Below, piece by piece: positions 49,930 through 64,000 of a stretch of 64,000 bases of DNA. The notes beneath the pieces are model-generated. The model did not search any database. It was not told the origin of the DNA and was given only the letters and a program-made list of their open reading frames with translations. Location: contig CM052832.1 of assembly GCA_028534125.1 (NCBI GenBank), forward strand, positions 17,114,001 to 17,178,000, read 5' to 3'. The DNA comes from Lama glama. Lineage: Eukaryota. The stretch's first letter is position 1, and every line of letters starts with the position of its first letter. The position numbers were made by a program, and so were the translations under genes.

Positions 49930-50607
49930 GCAGAGACATTTCCCCAAACTCAAGCAATTTACTTACAGTTATTTAGCCAAACACTGTTACTGCTAGGTAT
50001 AGAAATTTGGGTTTCTTGATCCATTTCACGACACCGTTAAAGGAGCCATTATTCTTTTTAGCTTTCTTGGAAAGAGAAGACGGAGGGCTGGGAGGGGTGT
50101 GGATGGGGACTGAATGATGGACTTCAAGCAGGTGAGGGTATTGCTGCAGTCCTTGGTCTTCTGAAAACCCTGCAGTAGACGGTGAGCTGAGCTCACACGC
50201 GGATGGCAGGAAGTTAGCGCCCTGAGGAAAAGGCTGCCCGGGTGATGAGCAGCATGAGGAAGGCTGCGGTGCCACCTTTTCTGGGCTCTCTCAGAACTGG
50301 AGGAGCTGTCAGCTCCTTCGTCAGCTCTACTGAGAAGGTCTGACGGCTGCGAGAACGTCAGTGCTGCAGCTCTTCCCTGGAGAAGCCACATCTTTGCTTC
50401 GCCCTCTCTCTGCTTTCTAGCCTTTGCCATTCGTTATGCGGAGCGTCTGTTCATTAAACTCCTCCGTGTGCAGCTCTGAGCCAGCAGCCGGACACACGAA
50501 GGCCGCTGGACCCAGCCAACCCCGGCTCCAGTCTAGTAGCTTCTGATCTAAGACAGGCGCACAGGCACAGCTGAAGATTCTGAATGTTCATACGCTCAGT
50601 GTGATGA

Positions 50608-59871
<9,264 letters not shown>

Positions 59872-61148
59872 GGAAGGGGGTGTGAGGGAGGACAGGCCAG
59901 TAGGGGGAGGGAGAGGGAGAAGGAGAAGGGTGGGGGTTGGGAGGAAGCAGGGGGTCCCTCTCCCGGGTGGGAAGAAGTCTCTACTCAGTCCCATCTCTTG
60001 TAAATACCTGCCCCGCTGTGAGTCCCCGGGGGTCGTCCGGGTCTCCAGTTCTCCAGGAACCAGACCCTGTTCGCTCTCATTCGTTCATATAATTTTATAT
60101 CCCTACTTCATACTCCAGTTTGTACCCGGCTTGAAGCTTCTCACTCACTGGCTCCTCCGCCTCACTATTACACGGGTCCCTTTTCTTTTCCGACACCCTC
60201 TGTCTCGTTGCCACGGCAACCCCAACCCTGCAGCTCCCTGGCCTTTGTGCTCTGCTGGTCCAGCAGGGATCTCTCCCAAGTGCTCTTTCTGCCCCAACAG
60301 GGCCTCCTCATGTCTCTCACCATCCTGGTCTCCTTCCAACCTACTTGCCCCTCCACTCTTTCACAAGCTTTGTCCTTTTTCAATTCTGCCTCTCCAGGGC
60401 ACTCTTTCTTGCCAAGGCTCACAGGCTCCTACGCTCCACGGGCTCACACTTAGCATCGCGCGTGTGTCCTCCCCTCCCAGCTCATTCCAGTGGCTCACGT
60501 GCGTGCACGCGTTTCACCTGTGCTTTCTTCACCCTTCCTGTGGCCCTGCCTGCTCTGTTGTATTTCCTTCACTTGTGACTGCGCTGCCCATCTCCGGTCA
60601 CGGTTGTGCCCTTGTGAGGGAGTGTTTGGGTAGACGCGGGCTGTTTGTCTAGCATGTCTTCCCTAGTGCACACATCCAGGGTTACCTGTGGTTTTCCCTG
60701 TGTGCCCTTGTGCTGCCTCGTCTACCCTCTTCCCTTTGCACCTTAAAAGCTTTGTATCCTAACAACGGAGCCCTATGCACCGACTCTGCACATTGTTACG
60801 CACTTTTCCCCAGTTCACACTTAGTGGAGCCATCCACATCCTCTCCTTGTCACACCCGGTTTCTGCTCACACTCTCCCCCTTCTCCTTCCCACTCGTGGA
60901 CCACCCTTGGCCCCCATGCACAATCATCCTCTCCCAAGAGTGCTTCCTTTGGTTTTGTGTTTTTCTGGGGCAAGAGGGAGAAGAAACGGGGGCAGGTTTG
61001 GGGAGCTTCTTCCAGTGGACGGTTGGTGAGAATCCTGTTGGAAGGAAGGCACCCCTGACTGTTGAGATGGACAGATGGTCCTATGGGGCGGGAGGTGGCA
61101 TCCCTTTTGCACTGTGGTATTTCTTGGGGAAGGAGCTCCCCAAATCTC

Positions 61149-61154
61149 AATAAA
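61149..61154 (+). terminator. GABBR1 polyadenylation signal
   Basis: AATAAA about 1.28 kb after the stop. Confidence 0.7.
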
Positions 61155-62509
61155 CCAGTGAACAGAGTGACTCAGTGCCTCGTCCCTTACTGTGAACAGA
61201 GTGGGCTTCCGTCCAAGGAAGGAGGCTCACAGTCCTCCTCATTCATGAAAAGGCATTGAAGTGGAGGGGTGGAGAGAGGGGTTTTATTGACCCATCAGGG
61301 GCTTAGCAGGGCAGTGCAGAACATGATTGGGCTGGGATTAGTGAGGGATGACACTAGTGATTGAAAGTGCGGGCACTGGAGTCAAATGGCCAGCGTATCA
61401 CATCCCACCACATGCAGAAAAGTGGTTCTCAGTCTCCATTCCCCATGTCCTCATTTGTGAAGGTAATAGTCATCATCATCATCACCATCTTCATCACTCA
61501 TTCATCCACAGTGTAGTTGCCACAAAGTGGAGGCAAGGACTGGTGCTTACTACGGTTCTTGGCTCATACAGTATGTTGGGGAAACACTAGCCACTGTCAC
61601 TACTATTTCGTGGGTTCTCTGGCAGTGATGGACATGTATTGGGCACCTGTGGCATGTGGCTGAACGGATGTGAGGACTCTTCTTCCTAGGAATTAAGAAG
61701 AACAAAAAAAATTATGACTGCAAGGAGGTAGTAGATGAGATGGCCCCTGAGTACTTCCAGCCTTAAAAGTCTTTGTCTAAGAACTCTGAGCATCTTGGGA
61801 GGAACTTGCCCTCCACATGAAAGACAGTATTGAATGGCCAGTGGAAAACAAAACCAAACCTCATCTAGGACTTCTGTGATTCTTTTTGTGCCCTTGAATC
61901 ACTGCTTTTTTGAAGCTCGGTTTTTCTCTTTCTCTGTGGCACTGATTTTTTTTAAAAAATAATTTTCACATTTTTGCAAACGATCTGCAAGAACTGAATG
62001 GGCCTTGTCATTTCAGCCTCCTGCTCAGAGGAGCCAGCTTCTGAAGTTCCCCAAGAGCGTGGGTAGGTTAAATCTTAGACCAATACTTGAAAACCATTGC
62101 ATATCCACTTTGGACCAATAGGATTTAATTTGCGTTTTCCCTCTTCCCACAATGGAATGTTCTCGAGAGGGGAAGCAGTCTATGCAGTAGATAAGCCTGC
62201 AGTGTGGAAAATGAAGAGTTGGCTTCTGAAGCAGCAGCAAGAGCTATATCCCAGCCCTGGCCTTCATGTCAGGTGACAGCTTCCCTGCAAACTGGGGTGA
62301 TATTCAAACTACTTAAACAATGTGGCATCGACTCACCTGGCTCCTAGAACAAGGAAGGAAACACTGGAGACTATCATGGAAAATGAAACCTGGGGCTGCT
62401 GCGGAGCAATGCGTTGAGGGTTCCTCCAACCAGGCACTGTGCCCCAGACCGTGACACAGTGGGGTGAGGGACGTGTACAAGTAACACGAAGGAGCACACA
62501 GAGTGTTCT

Positions 62510-63016
62510 CAGGGGGTGGCAGAGAGGAGGAATAGTCCTTTTCCTCTACCCATCTTAGATTCTCTATTTAGCTCAGGAGAGACAAATGAAAGACAGACTA
62601 ACAAGAGAAAAACAAGTTTATTAACACATGCATTGTGCCTACACATGAGAATACTCAGTGATGAGGAACCCAAAGGGGTGGTTAGAACTGGGGCTTAGAT
62701 ACTATTTAGGCTAAACTAAAGGAAAAGAGATTTGGGGCTTCTGGGTGGTGGAGGCAATTTATGCGAAAGTGATCAGGAAAAGTGTGGTAAACAAGGGTTG
62801 TTTATAGTGAGGTTTGTCACGTAGATTTAAGCCAGTGCCTTCTCCTTGGAGAAGACTTGTTAGGAGTCTTCTCTATACATGTAAATTTACAGAAAGAAAA
62901 CGTGTGCCCCATTTTAGAGCTTTTCCTGCAGCTGCTCGTTCTCAGTGGCCTTTAGCTTAAAATAATCCATACGCCAAGGAGACGTATTTTGGGGTAGCAT
63001 ATTCTGGTTCCCATCA
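62510..63016 (-). mobile_element. ERV1 LTR (MER34/MER4-group-like)
   Basis: Reverse complement begins tgatgggaaccagaatatgctaccccaaaata...gattattttaagctaaagg. Confidence 0.6.
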
Positions 63017-64000
63017 GGTGTGCGTGATTAATTCTGCAGACGGGAAACCAGGAAGGCTGGCTCGGTGGGGGCCGGAGGGATGCAACAGGAGCTGGGCACT
63101 GTGCTCCCCGACCTGTTCCTGATTCAGTGAGCCCTTCAGAAGGGAACTGGTGGTTATACCCTGAGCTTCTTGGATAATATCCCTTAAGTGCTTCCAACTC
63201 ATGCTTTGTGTTGGATGGCTAAGTGCCCACACTCATAGGGCCTAAATCTTATAGTCTTAGGTCATCTGCAAGGGATCCCCTTTTCCATTTGTATCCAACT
63301 CGGTGGCCTCTATATATATTTTAAAAGAATCTATCTTTTCATTTTTAATCATTTGTCTCCCTGGTGTGACTCTTTCCCCACATCTTCCCTTCTTAACACA
63401 CAAAATACCTTAACTTTTCCCACACAGTAAATAAGCAAATATTTCATATTAATTTTGTTGCTTCCACCATGTTTCAAACCTCCGAAGAATTCTCTGATGC
63501 CCACACCACCCAAGCACTTGCGCATCTGATTCTTTCATTCTGTGTGCCTTTTGCACCCGACTCCGTCGTGTGATGGTTACTTATGTTGGAATTATGTCTG
63601 ACCATCTCAATCTTCTTTGGACACTTCGAGGGTTGTGAATGAGCAAACTCCTGTTGGATTTTCTCCTGGAGTATCCAGTAGATAACTGTCCACACAGACT
63701 GAATAAATTTGAAGTAAGATGTTAGTCCTAAACCTCTCTGTGAAACCATTTATTCAACAAATCAGCTTTCATTAAAACAAAGTCCTTTGGACTGATGCAT
63801 TTAATTCTCCATTATATTCCCCTAGAGTCTGTCTAGAAAGGGTTTTACTGTATTTGAACATTAGGGAGCTGATAGACAGACACGAAGAGTAGAGGTTTCC
63901 AGGTCCCAGTGAGAGAAAGAGAATAGAGGTGGTGATGAGAAAAAGACATTATATAAGTGATTTGAAAAGTGGAGTTAGGGTTAGCATTACTTGCAGGGCT

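Noticed and set aside
49319..49996. ORFs spanning the second N run
   Set aside because: Artefacts of translating N
63474..63749. 91-aa ORF near the window end (possible pseudogene fragment)
   Set aside because: No recognisable similarity, so I cannot support a call

Overview
Mammalian genomic DNA from the MHC class I region, very probably a camelid, because at least seven tRNA-Ala-derived SINEs of the Vic-1 type are present. From left to right the window holds TRIM40 (+, 5 coding exons, complete), TRIM10 (-, only the first and last coding exons are visible; the middle five fall in a 500-N gap), TRIM15 (+, 7 coding exons, 461 aa) and TRIM26 (-, 7 coding exons, 539 aa; first exon and promoter not seen). 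After a second 500-N gap come the last 12 coding exons of GABBR1 (+, 520 aa, through the stop codon and poly(A) signal). All exons were read by hand with GT-AG boundaries and consistent phases. Gene names and human/rat comparisons come from recalled protein sequences, not from a database search. I found no convincing novel biological system. The strongest anomaly is the TRIM26-GABBR1 junction at the second gap: it breaks conserved gene order and interrupts both genes, most likely because a contig is mis-oriented. Smaller observations include a CPI duplication in the TRIM40 RING, a frameshift-type C-terminal extension of TRIM40, a possible B30.2-truncated TRIM10 isoform, traces of GABA-B1 splice variants, and tissue-specific promoter motif clusters.
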